Assembly: GCA_043827405.1 (NCBI GenBank)
Contig: JBDRPD010000053.1
Location: forward strand, 1 to 64,000
DNA: 64,000 nucleotides
Reading direction: 5' to 3'
DNA from: Elusimicrobiota bacterium
GTDB lineage: Bacteria > Elusimicrobiota > Elusimicrobia > UBA1565
Notes under the pieces: model-generated
The model's input: only the letters and a program-made list of their open reading frames with translations
Databases searched by the model: none
What the model was told of the DNA's origin: nothing
Shown here: positions 20,200 to 28,269 of the stretch, piece by piece
How positions within the stretch are numbered: position 1 is the first letter of the stretch
Layout of the letters: each line of letters begins with the position of its first letter
Program-made: the position numbers and the translations under genes

Positions 20200-21040
20200 A
20201 TTCCTCGTGTGAAATTTTCCCTGCGCGCAGCACCGCCAGCAGGTCGCGCACGGCTTTGGCGTAAGCGATCCGGTCATGCAGGGGCTCGTCGCGCCCTTCG
20301 ATCTTGAGCGAGTCGATCCCCAGCGCGAGCAGGCGCGGCAGCGCGCACAGCCCGCAGCCGTCCAGCTCGCGGGAGGCCAGACGGCTCTCGATATACTCCG
20401 CCTTCTTCCGTTTCCCGGCGGCCGCGCCGCGCACGCGCGTCACCTTGAAGCAGTAGCAGGGCTCGCCCTGGTCCTCGTAGGGCAGGGCATGCATGCCGCA
20501 GTAGCCCTCGGTAAACACGCATAGCCCGCACATAATGAAGACTTCGAGCTCGACTTCGCCCTTGCTCCGGCTGAGGCTCGCGACGTCGTCGAGGCTGAGA
20601 TGCCGCGGCAGGCAGATCTTTCCGACCCGGAACCGGCGGAAGAACTCCAGCGCCTCGGAGTTGAATACGGGATTGGTGCAGCTGAGGCTCAGGCGGCAGC
20701 GCACATCCAGGTTCCGCGCCGCATGCAGGAGCGTCAAGCTCGACAGAATAAGTTCGTCGGTCCCGAGCTTGTCCGCCGCGCGGATAAAGCGCAGCGCCGC
20801 GCCGATATCCAGCGTCTGCTTGTTGACGGCGACCGCGACGCTGCGGCCGGCGTCGTGGATCCGGCGGATGGACTTTTCCAGGGCCCGCATATCCGGCAGA
20901 TTGAAGTAGACGCTGTTGGAGCGGTCATTGATCGAATTCCCGGGATGCACCACGCCGCAGTAGAAGCTGTCGGCGCCGGCCTCGATAAGCGGCGCCAGCT
21001 CGTCCGGATGGCGGAACGGGACATGGATGCGCATCCCCAT
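20129..21040 (-). CDS. Peptidase U32 family protein (Fe-S hydroxylase-like)
   Basis: GADSFYCG, LPRHLSL, EVFIMCGLCVFTEGYC, CGLC, SLKIEGR; ATG 21040 overlaps the upstream stop. Confidence 0.88.
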   Translation of the reverse strand: MGMRIHVPFRHPDELAPLIEAGADSFYCGVVHPGNSINDRSNSVYFNLPDMRALEKSIRRIHDAGRSVAVAVNKQTLDIGAALRFIRAADKLGTDELILSSLTLLHAARNLDVRCRLSLSCTNPVFNSEALEFFRRFRVGKICLPRHLSLDDVASLSRSKGEVELEVFIMCGLCVFTEGYCGMHALPYEDQGEPCYCFKVTRVRGAAAGKRKKAEYIESRLASRELDGCGLCALPRLLALGIDSLKIEGRDEPLHDRIAYAKAVRDLLAVLRAGKISHEEYAEIAKKYCSENVAPCNTKSCYY

Positions 21041-22224
21041 CAGGGCGCGAAAGCCTGTTCGCGGCGGTAAACTTCCACCGCCTCGGCGTCGGTCTTTTTG
21101 TACTCCGACTTCTTGCGGATGATCAGACGCACGGTGCCGGAAACGCCGGCCGCCTCCGGCAGCTCGAACTCGCGGGCCAGCGGCTCGGACAGGCCGAGAG
21201 AAACCAGCTCGCCGGTGGGATTGGTGGGCCGGACCGATTCCTCGCTGCGCCCGCTTTCCTTGGTCGGATCGTAGAGGCGCAGATCGGCGGCGAAAACCTC
21301 CCGGCCTTCGGGATCGAGAACTGCAAAGCGCAGCAGGTAGATTTTGGGCGTATCGGGGAGCAGCGGATGCGGCATGAAGTCGGTCGGCCAGCGCACGGCC
21401 AGGAAATTGCGGCCCTCCCGCCGCCGCACCTCCAGCGTCAGCGTGTCGAACATGGGCGCGATGACGTGCTTGATCTTCTGCGGGTTGGCGGACCAGTAAT
21501 AGTAATGCGTTCCCCGGCCGTCCGGGCCATGCTCCATATGGCATTGCTCGCAGCTCAGGTAGGGTTTCTGCCGCTGCGCCGGATCGAGCCGGAACTTCTC
21601 CGCGTATCCCTCGACGATGGTGCTGTGGCAGCTGACGCAGTTGTAGATATGCGCGAACGTCGTCGACGGGATAGGGTTGCAGAAGCCTTCCGGCGGCTGG
21701 AAGCCTGCCGGCGGAGCGTAATCCGGCCGCGTCACCACGCGGTCTCCCTTGCGGTGACAGGTGATGCAGTCGACGCCGCTGGTCAGCTCCAGCCAGGCCG
21801 GGCCGCCGAAGTCCTCGTACCTGATCCGCGATTTCCCGTCCCACTCCGCCGGGATCGAGTCCTCGTATACGCTGCGGGACGGCGCATGGCATTCCACGCA
21901 CTCCTGTTTATAAATCTTGATTTTTTTCTTGCGCTCGCGCTTGGACAGGCCCTCGGCGGGGCCGACGGAATCGCGCATCGACCGCGCCATCATCTCGAAC
22001 GCATGCGCATGCGGCCCGCGCTTCCACTGCTCATAGACGCGCGGATGGCAGGCGGCGCAGCGCTGGATATCCTGCTTCCTTTGCCGGTCCTTGCGCAGCA
22101 CGGCTTCGCTGCGCTTATAGAGAACGATGCCCGCGTCCTCGTCCTCATCGGCGAAGGCCGCGGCGCAGAGGAACGCCGCGATGCCGGCGCTCAATAGGCC
22201 GAGCCGCGCGCACCTCAGCGGCAT
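21040..22224 (-). CDS. Secreted pentahaem cytochrome c (c554-like N-terminus)
   Basis: Signal peptide; CAACH, CVECH, CITCH, CVSCH, CEQCH; YEQWKRGPHA. Confidence 0.88.
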   Translation of the reverse strand: MPLRCARLGLLSAGIAAFLCAAAFADEDEDAGIVLYKRSEAVLRKDRQRKQDIQRCAACHPRVYEQWKRGPHAHAFEMMARSMRDSVGPAEGLSKRERKKKIKIYKQECVECHAPSRSVYEDSIPAEWDGKSRIRYEDFGGPAWLELTSGVDCITCHRKGDRVVTRPDYAPPAGFQPPEGFCNPIPSTTFAHIYNCVSCHSTIVEGYAEKFRLDPAQRQKPYLSCEQCHMEHGPDGRGTHYYYWSANPQKIKHVIAPMFDTLTLEVRRREGRNFLAVRWPTDFMPHPLLPDTPKIYLLRFAVLDPEGREVFAADLRLYDPTKESGRSEESVRPTNPTGELVSLGLSEPLAREFELPEAAGVSGTVRLIIRKKSEYKKTDAEAVEVYRREQAFAP

Positions 22225-23663
22225 CCCGCGCCCTCCCGCAGGCCGCCCAGCAGCCGCTCCGCCAGGCGCAGGGGAAAGCCCTTGCGCAGCGGCGCGCGCA
22301 GCAGCCGGTCGAAGCCGCCGCCCGAAGGCTGCAGCACGCCGCAGCGCAGCCAGTCGCGGTACGCCTGGCCGTAGCAGTGGCTGAAAAGCATGAACTCGGC
22401 GCGCCGCCGGAGCGCGCCCGCCAAATGGCGGGAGCGGCGCCACGCGGCCAACGGCGAGTAGAAGCGCCGTATCAGCTCGCGGGCTCCCGCGAACAGCTCT
22501 TCCTGCCGCACGCCTTCGGGGACAAACGTCAGGTGGTTGCCGTCGAAATCGGACAGCTTTTCGGATATGTAGCGGCCCTTGGTCCGCATCGACTTGTGGA
22601 TGCGGGCGCCGGGATTGAAGGTCAGCCAGGTCAGCTTCAGCGCGATAATGCCTACTTCCTCGCAGAAATCGGCGAACTCGACAAAAGAGCTCCGCTCCGT
22701 ACCGCTCAGGCCGAGGATAAAGCCGGTGGCGATCTCGATGCCGTGCGCCTGCGCGCGGCGGATGATGCGCCGGTACGAGTCGACCTTGTTCTGCGTCTTA
22801 TTGACCGTCTTCAGCGCCGCCGGCGACAAGCTCTCCAGGCCGCAGTACATGATCCGGCAGCGGCTCGCATGCAGCGCTTCGAGGACCTCGGCATCATCGA
22901 GCGTCTCCAGGCAGCACTCCCCCATCCAGCCCGCGACCGAGGACTCTCCGAGCGTCCGCGCCGCCGCGAGCAGGTGCTCCTTGCGGCTGCCGATGTTGTA
23001 GTCGACGACGTTGACGAATCGGCGCCGGTTGACCCGCAGGTCTTCAGCCAGCGCGTCCATCCCGCGGTAGTCCGTCTTGCCCTGCATCATATGGACGAGG
23101 CAGAAAGTGCAGGCCTCGCCGCAGCCCAAGGCCGACTCGACCGGCGTCCCCATAAACTGCAGATAGCGGCCCGGATTCTCCACCAGGTCCAGAGCCGGCG
23201 GCGGCGACCCGTTGAAAGAGGCGGCCTGCTCGGCGCGGTAAATCCGGGCGAGCTTGCCGGCGGCGAGGTCGGCGAGAAACGCCGCGGCCTGCGGCTCGAA
23301 GCGGCCCTGCACCACGCTGTCGGCGGTCTTCAGGCATTCGTCCGGCAGCAAAGTCGGCAGCTCGCCGCCCCAGACGATTTGGATATCCGGATGCGCCGCG
23401 CGCGCCAGCGCCGACAGCTCTACCGCTAGGGGCAGGTTCTGCGCGCTCACCTTCAAGCCGCAGACCTGCGGGGCGTCGCCCCGTTCCAGCACCTCGCGGT
23501 ATTCCTCGGCGGGCACGAAATTCAGATCCACGATCCGCACATCACAGACATCGCGCAGACAGGCGGCGACGGCGGGCAAAGACAGGGACAGCCCCCCTTT
23601 GGGAAAAGTGGGCGGATCCAGCAGCAGGATCTTGGTGCGCGCGCGCGCTTGGCCGGACGGCAT
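22215..23663 (-). CDS. B12-binding domain radical SAM protein
   Basis: WGGELPT, ESALGCGEACTFC, GLESLS, GFILG; ATG 23663 lies 6 nt after TATACT. Confidence 0.88.
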   Translation of the reverse strand: MPSGQARARTKILLLDPPTFPKGGLSLSLPAVAACLRDVCDVRIVDLNFVPAEEYREVLERGDAPQVCGLKVSAQNLPLAVELSALARAAHPDIQIVWGGELPTLLPDECLKTADSVVQGRFEPQAAAFLADLAAGKLARIYRAEQAASFNGSPPPALDLVENPGRYLQFMGTPVESALGCGEACTFCLVHMMQGKTDYRGMDALAEDLRVNRRRFVNVVDYNIGSRKEHLLAAARTLGESSVAGWMGECCLETLDDAEVLEALHASRCRIMYCGLESLSPAALKTVNKTQNKVDSYRRIIRRAQAHGIEIATGFILGLSGTERSSFVEFADFCEEVGIIALKLTWLTFNPGARIHKSMRTKGRYISEKLSDFDGNHLTFVPEGVRQEELFAGARELIRRFYSPLAAWRRSRHLAGALRRRAEFMLFSHCYGQAYRDWLRCGVLQPSGGGFDRLLRAPLRKGFPLRLAERLLGGLREGAGCR

Positions 23664-23729
23664 CTGCACAGTATATCCATCCAGGCACCACTTGCGCCAC
23701 TAGCGCGCCGCGCTCCGCTGAAAGTGAGC

Positions 23730-23826
23730 GGAAGCTGCAGGTGAAAAACGGCACTGTCTTCCCCGAATTCGATCCCTTGACGGATCACGGTTCGCCGTCC
23801 ATCCGGTAATGAGGTTAGCTCGCGCG
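23730..23826 (+). repeat. Dispersed repeat copy A (5' part)
   Basis: GAAGCTGC.GGTGAAAAACGGC.CTGTCTTCCCCGAATTC.ATCCCTTGACGGATC...GAGGTTAGCTCGCGCG shared with 25448 and 27044. Confidence 0.85.
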
Positions 23827-23834
23827 ACCACTGA

Positions 23835-23880
23835 TGATCCGTCAAGAGCGCAATTCCGGGCAAGGAACTGCCGTTCTCCG
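23835..23880 (-). repeat. Inverted partial copy of the same repeat
   Basis: TGATCCGTCAAG (23835-23846) is the exact reverse complement of 23776-23787; imperfect pairing extends about 45 bp. Confidence 0.7.
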
Positions 23881-23967
23881 CAGGCAGATTCTTATCGGCA
23901 CGATAATGCCAGAATGATCGCACCTATTTATAGCAATTAAGTACTGGTAATAATGTATTTATTCTAG

Positions 23968-24008
23968 TATAATATCGATATATCGATATAATATCGGTAT
24001 AGCGATAT
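23968..24008 (+). promoter_or_regulatory. Promoter/operator of the XRE operon: tandem TATCGATA-like palindromes overlapping TATAAT boxes
   Basis: TATAATATCGATATATCGATATAATATCGGTATAGCGATAT immediately before the ATG, in a very AT-rich patch. Confidence 0.65.
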
Positions 24009-24783
24009 GGATATTGAGACCGCATCCAAATACCGGAAGCACATCGGACAGAAAGTCCGGGAGCTTCGCCAACAGCGCCGCTGGACGCAAGCAGCGCTGG
24101 CGGAACATCTCGGCTTGTCTCAGAACCGGCTCTCCGAGATCGAACGCGGCCAGGGCTCCTTTACCGCGGAGCAGCTCCTGATTATCATCCGGTTATTCAA
24201 CGTCTCCTTCGATGACTTCCTGCCGAAGAAAAGAGGGCCCGCTTTATCGCGGATTCAGCAGGCGCTGGCCAGGCTGGGCGCGCGGCACCTGCATGAGCCC
24301 GAGGACGCGCTGCCTACCGAAAAGCTCGGCACCGCCCGCGAGCTCATCCGCGAGGTCCTGGCCTCGGCCGAGTCCGCGCGGCACATCACCTCTTTGGCTC
24401 CCGTTATCGTGGAGAATTGCTCGGCCCTCAATCTACCAGCACTGCGATACGAACTGGCCGGCCTGCGGCTGGACCGGCGCTTCGGCTGGCTGCTGCAAAA
24501 CGTCCGCGCGGCGATAGATTTGGAGCTCAAATCCACCCGGCTCTCGCGCCAGTGGGTTTTCAAGTATCGCAAAGCCCGCAAGCTCCTCGACTTCTCGATC
24601 GATTACAATCCGCCCCCTCCCGAAGCGGCGGAAGATCTTTTCGATTCCGACGCCACCACCGACGAATCCGTTGAGGAAATCCGGCAGGAGCGCTCGACGC
24701 TGTCCGAGAAGTGGCGCATCCTGACCCGGCTTAAGCCCGAAGATTTCGCGTCGGCGTTGAGGCAGGCTCGTGGCGAGGATTGA
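24007..24783 (+). CDS. XRE-family HTH protein (putative antitoxin)
   Basis: IGQKVRELRQQRRWTQAALAEHLGLSQNRLSEIERG; overlaps the downstream nucleotidyltransferase gene. Confidence 0.85.
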   Translation: MDIETASKYRKHIGQKVRELRQQRRWTQAALAEHLGLSQNRLSEIERGQGSFTAEQLLIIIRLFNVSFDDFLPKKRGPALSRIQQALARLGARHLHEPEDALPTEKLGTARELIREVLASAESARHITSLAPVIVENCSALNLPALRYELAGLRLDRRFGWLLQNVRAAIDLELKSTRLSRQWVFKYRKARKLLDFSIDYNPPPPEAAEDLFDSDATTDESVEEIRQERSTLSEKWRILTRLKPEDFASALRQARGED

Positions 24784-25360
24784 AGATTTCCTGCGCGACA
24801 TCGACCGCCGCTGGAAGCCCGGCGGCGGCAAGATCACGCTGCAAGTCCTGGGCTCCTGCGCCCTCATGCTCCAGGCCGACTACGAGCGCGGCACCAAGGA
24901 CGGCGACGTCTTGGAAACGCGCGAGTTGACCGGCCCGATCAAGAAGCAGCTCCTGGATCTCGCGGGGAAAGGCACGGATCTCCAGAAGCGGCACCGCCTC
25001 TATATCGACATCATCACCGCGGGGCTGCCGTTTTTGCCGCAACGGCCCGCATTCCACCCGGCCAAGTCGCTCGACGACCTGCGCCACTTCCGCGTCGAGG
25101 TCCTGGACGCGACCGACGTCGTCGTCAGCAAGCTCAAGCGCTTCAAGCCCGACGATATCAAAGACATCCGCGCCATGGTCGTTGAATACGAGCTCGTTGA
25201 TCATGCCCGCCTCCTGGAGCGCTTTCGCCGGGCCGTGGACTGGTTCTCGATGGACGCCCGCAGCGAGAGTTTTCCCAAGATAGTCAAGAACCTCAACACG
25301 GTCGAACGGGAGTACTTCGACGTTCCGCCCACCCCGGCAGAACTCCCTGAGTGGGGCTGA
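24770..25360 (+). CDS. DUF6036-like nucleotidyltransferase (putative toxin)
   Basis: LGSCALML...RGTKDGDV (GS/DxD motif), SKLKRF...DIKDI. Confidence 0.75.
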   Translation: MARIEDFLRDIDRRWKPGGGKITLQVLGSCALMLQADYERGTKDGDVLETRELTGPIKKQLLDLAGKGTDLQKRHRLYIDIITAGLPFLPQRPAFHPAKSLDDLRHFRVEVLDATDVVVSKLKRFKPDDIKDIRAMVVEYELVDHARLLERFRRAVDWFSMDARSESFPKIVKNLNTVEREYFDVPPTPAELPEWG

Positions 25361-25447
25361 CGGGGCAATAGCCCGGGCCAATCTTGCCCCTGTTTCGCGC
25401 GACGTTGGCCCACATGGGGCGCGGTGCGCGGAGAAAGGCTTGGCTGA

Positions 25448-25640
25448 TAGGAAGCTGCTGGCGAGAAACGGCGCTGTCTTCCCCGAATTCAATCCCTTGA
25501 CGGATCTTCGGCGGTCTTCCATCCTGTAAAGATGTTCGCCTGCGCGGCGGGAATACGCCAAGGGCGGTTTAGATCGGCGGGAAACGGCGGCTGGAGCGGA
25601 ACCAAGATACGTAACACCGATTATCAATATTATCTTGGAG
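25448..25640 (+). repeat. Dispersed repeat copy B (full length)
   Basis: Aligns end to end with 27044-27236; last 72 bp identical. Confidence 0.9.
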
Positions 25641-25763
25641 TACAACTGGGAGGTCGCGGAGATCTTGACCCAGCTGGCGCGCAAGGCGGGGCTGCCGTCC
25701 GACGGCTGGAAGGAGGGGGCGGAGTTCGAGGTTTTCGCGGCGCAGATCATTCCGGAGCAGGCG
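25638..25763 (+). pseudogene. 3' remnant of an AMMECR1 (AmmeMemoRadiSam protein A-like) gene
   Basis: EYNWEVAEILTQLARKAGLPSDGWKEGAEFEVFAAQII matches the family C-terminus (W...L...KAGLP.D.W......F.A); 5' part replaced by the repeat. Confidence 0.7.
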
Positions 25764-25790
25764 TTAAGCTGCTCCCAAATTCGCTCTTGC

Positions 25791-25846
25791 TGTCAAATTG
25801 AAAATCTAATTTACAACTTGACAATACCCGCTTCCCGCGTTATCCT
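25791..25846 (+). promoter_or_regulatory. Sigma70 promoter with overlapping inverted repeat; probable leaderless transcript
   Basis: TTGACA (25818)-17 nt-TATCCT-6 nt-ATG; TGTCAAATTG...CAACTTGACA dyad. Confidence 0.65.
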
Positions 25847-25852
25847 TACGGT

Positions 25853-27046
25853 ATGATTCAGCGTTCCATAACTCCGAAGCTCGTCTCATTGGCCAAGCAG
25901 TTCCCCGCTATAGTGCTCACGGGGCCGCGGCAGTCCGGAAAGACCACCTTGGCGAAGATGGCTTTCCCAAAGTACGCCTATGTCTCCTTGGAAAATCTGG
26001 ACAACCGGGACTTCGCGACCCGCGACCCCCGAGGCTTCCTCGCCGAGTATCAGAAGCGCGTCATCATCGATGAAGCTCAGCGCGCTCCCGATCTACTCTC
26101 CTACATTCAGACCGTCGTCGATGAAGACGCCTCTCCGGGGCGCTACATCCTCACCGGCTCCCAGCAATTCAATCTGCTCGCGGGAATAAGCCAGTCTTTG
26201 GCTGGGAGAGCCGCATACTTGCGGTTGCTGCCTTTCTCCGTGTCAGAGCTCGCGGGCTCCAAGCCGGTCGACGCTTTCGCGCTTAGTACGCCCGATCACA
26301 GACCTCCTCCCAAGGGTCTGGCATTGGAAACAGTGTTGTTCCAGGGGCTCTATCCCAGGATATACGATCGCAAGCTGGCCGCGCGGGACTTCCTGGCCGC
26401 CTATATCGCTGCCTACATCGAGCGGGATGTCAGGGAAGTCACGCGGGTGGGGGACCTTTCCACGTTCCGGAGATTTCTCCAGCTCTGCGCGGGCCGGTCA
26501 GGGCAGATACTTAACCTATCCAACCTGGGGGCAGATTGCGGGATTTCCCATCCCACAGCTCGTCAATGGCTCTCTGTGCTCGAGGCCAGTTCAATCGTGG
26601 TCCTGCTCCAGCCGTTTCACAAGAACTTCAACAAGCGCATCGTGAAAAGCCCGAAGCTTTACTTCCTGGATTCCGGCCTAATGTGTCATCTTCTGCGCCT
26701 GCGAGACGCGGATGATCTTCGGGGGCATCCGCTTTACGGCAGCATTTTTGAGACCTTCGTCATGTCGGAGGTTCACAAAGCCTTCGCCCATCTCGGCGAG
26801 TCTCCGCCGTTGTATTATTGGCGTGACCGGACGGGACATGAGATTGACCTAATCGTGGAGAGCGGGCGTTCACTAACAGCCGTTGAGATTAAATCCGCCA
26901 AAACAGTATCTTCCGATTTTTTCAAGCAGTTGCGGTATTTCGCCGGCTTGAAAGGGGTTTCAGGGGATTCCGTCCTTGTATATGGAGGGGAGGAATCCAC
27001 GAAACGCGAGGGTGTAAGAATCAGGACATGGCATCAAGCCTCTTAG
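25853..27046 (+). CDS. AAA+ ATPase with DUF4143 domain
   Basis: GPRQSGKTT, IIDEAQ, LTGSQ, SLAGR, KSPKLYFLDSG, YYWRD..EIDLI..EIKS. Confidence 0.92.
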   Translation: MIQRSITPKLVSLAKQFPAIVLTGPRQSGKTTLAKMAFPKYAYVSLENLDNRDFATRDPRGFLAEYQKRVIIDEAQRAPDLLSYIQTVVDEDASPGRYILTGSQQFNLLAGISQSLAGRAAYLRLLPFSVSELAGSKPVDAFALSTPDHRPPPKGLALETVLFQGLYPRIYDRKLAARDFLAAYIAAYIERDVREVTRVGDLSTFRRFLQLCAGRSGQILNLSNLGADCGISHPTARQWLSVLEASSIVVLLQPFHKNFNKRIVKSPKLYFLDSGLMCHLLRLRDADDLRGHPLYGSIFETFVMSEVHKAFAHLGESPPLYYWRDRTGHEIDLIVESGRSLTAVEIKSAKTVSSDFFKQLRYFAGLKGVSGDSVLVYGGEESTKREGVRIRTWHQAS

Positions 27047-27236
27047 GAAGCTGCTGGTGAAAAGCGGCGCTTCCTCCCCCCCATCGCTCCTTTGACGGAT
27101 CACGGTTCGCCCTGCGCCCTGTAATGAGGTTAGCTCGCGCGGCGGGAATGCGCCGAGGGGCGGCTTAGATCGGCGGGAAACGGCGGCTGGAGCGGAACCA
27201 AGATACGTAACACCGATTATCAATATTATCTTGGAG
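27044..27236 (+). repeat. Dispersed repeat copy C (full length)
   Basis: Begins with the ATPase TAG stop; 27165-27236 identical to 25569-25640. Confidence 0.9.
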
Positions 27237-27282
27237 CCGCGCTAACCTCGCTTCAGGATAGGAAGTCCCGTCGGCTCAGCCT

Positions 27283-27846
27283 CTAGCGGACCCGGCAGTT
27301 GACCTTTTCGCCGCTCTTTGCCAACTCCAGGATCGCCTCCCCTCCCTTCATCCAGAAGGTCACCCCGTCCGCTGAGTACTTGGCACCCGATCCGGAAACG
27401 GCGCGGGGCAGGACATGCCGGGTCTTGCCGTAGCTCACGGCGAGCTTATCGCCGGGCAGCAGCTCCACGCCGATGAGGGCGCCGAAGGTCGTGACGTAGT
27501 CGAAGCCCTGAGGCACGGGCGTCTGACGGGTGAGCGCGTACTTGCCGTCTAGTCCCCTGAATAGCAACAGCTCCATACCGCCGGCCCCGTCGCGGCCCCG
27601 GTAGTGGCAGACGAGCCGGTAGTTGATGCCAGCGACGACCTGAGTGTGAACTTCGACGAGCTTCTCGCAGCGGAAGCCGCGCTCGGGGGCCTTCTCGTTG
27701 ACCAGCCTTTCCGCGGTCTCCACGATCTCCGCGAACTCGGCGGCGGAAGGGTCCTGCTCCGTGTAGCCGCCCGGCAGGGCCGCCATGGCGGACGCGGCCA
27801 GGACGCCGAGCAAAGACAGTCCGACGCACGGCTTCCAGATTCTCAT
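27283..27846 (-). CDS. Secreted cystatin-like + MliC/PliC lysozyme-inhibitor fusion
   Basis: Signal peptide; LPGG; QVVAGINY (QxVxG); C-terminal SGSGAKY...FWMKGGEA; AGGAGG RBS. Confidence 0.82.
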   Translation of the reverse strand: MRIWKPCVGLSLLGVLAASAMAALPGGYTEQDPSAAEFAEIVETAERLVNEKAPERGFRCEKLVEVHTQVVAGINYRLVCHYRGRDGAGGMELLLFRGLDGKYALTRQTPVPQGFDYVTTFGALIGVELLPGDKLAVSYGKTRHVLPRAVSGSGAKYSADGVTFWMKGGEAILELAKSGEKVNCRVR

Positions 27847-27968
27847 GTCGCCTCCTTCACGTCTCCTTCAAGATGTTCCGCAAATAAGAATTGCAAGTAG
27901 GGACTTGCATCCTTAAAACCGCGCTGCATTATCCAAATCGCGTCCATTGAAACCGCAGCGAATCCGCT

Positions 27969-28014
27969 CCAGCCTGTAGAAAGCATAGCTCGCGCGGCGG
28001 GAATGCGCCAAGGG
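27969..28014 (+). repeat. Dispersed repeat copy D (internal fragment)
   Basis: TAGCTCGCGCGGCGGGAATGCGCCAAGGG shared with copies B and C. Confidence 0.75.
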
Positions 28015-28033
28015 GGACGCCGGCACGGCGCTC

Positions 28034-28062
28034 TTGACGCCTCCGGAGAGATCGACTAACCT
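28034..28062 (+). promoter_or_regulatory. Sigma70-like promoter of the 28081-30671 operon
   Basis: TTGACG-17 nt-TAACCT. Confidence 0.55.
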
Positions 28063-28080
28063 AGAAAGGCCCCTTCCCGT

Positions 28081-28269
28081 ATGATCAGCAAAGCCATCGG
28101 ATTTGTCATCTGTCTATTCGCCGTGCTGCTGCCGTGGCGGCTGCGCATCCTGTTCGCCGAATTTCTCGGCTGGCTCACGCAGCTGATCTACTACACCTAC
28201 TACGGCATCTTCAACTACATCCTCCGCGAACTGCGCAAAGCCGAGAGGGAGAGCAAGCGTGCCCGCTGA
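28081..28269 (+). CDS. Small membrane protein resembling the N-half of the 2449 protein
   Basis: ICLFAVLLPWRLRILF versus VCTLAALLPGRLRIAF. Confidence 0.7.
   Translation: MISKAIGFVICLFAVLLPWRLRILFAEFLGWLTQLIYYTYYGIFNYILRELRKAERESKRAR

Noticed and set aside
20129..21901. 590-aa ORF as one protein
   Set aside because: Its N-half overlaps the real cytochrome gene in another frame; the U32 protein starts at 21040. The extensions at 2523, 6283, 8598, 10191 and 29166 are similar artefacts
23522..23923. 133-aa minus-strand ORF through the repeat
   Set aside because: Overlaps the rSAM start, and the frame is not preserved in the other repeat copies
27126..27249. Integron attC site (GAGGTTAGC ... 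GCTAACCTC inverted pair)
   Set aside because: Order is GTT...AAC, the reverse of attC (AAC...GTT); no integrase; not repeated in the other copies
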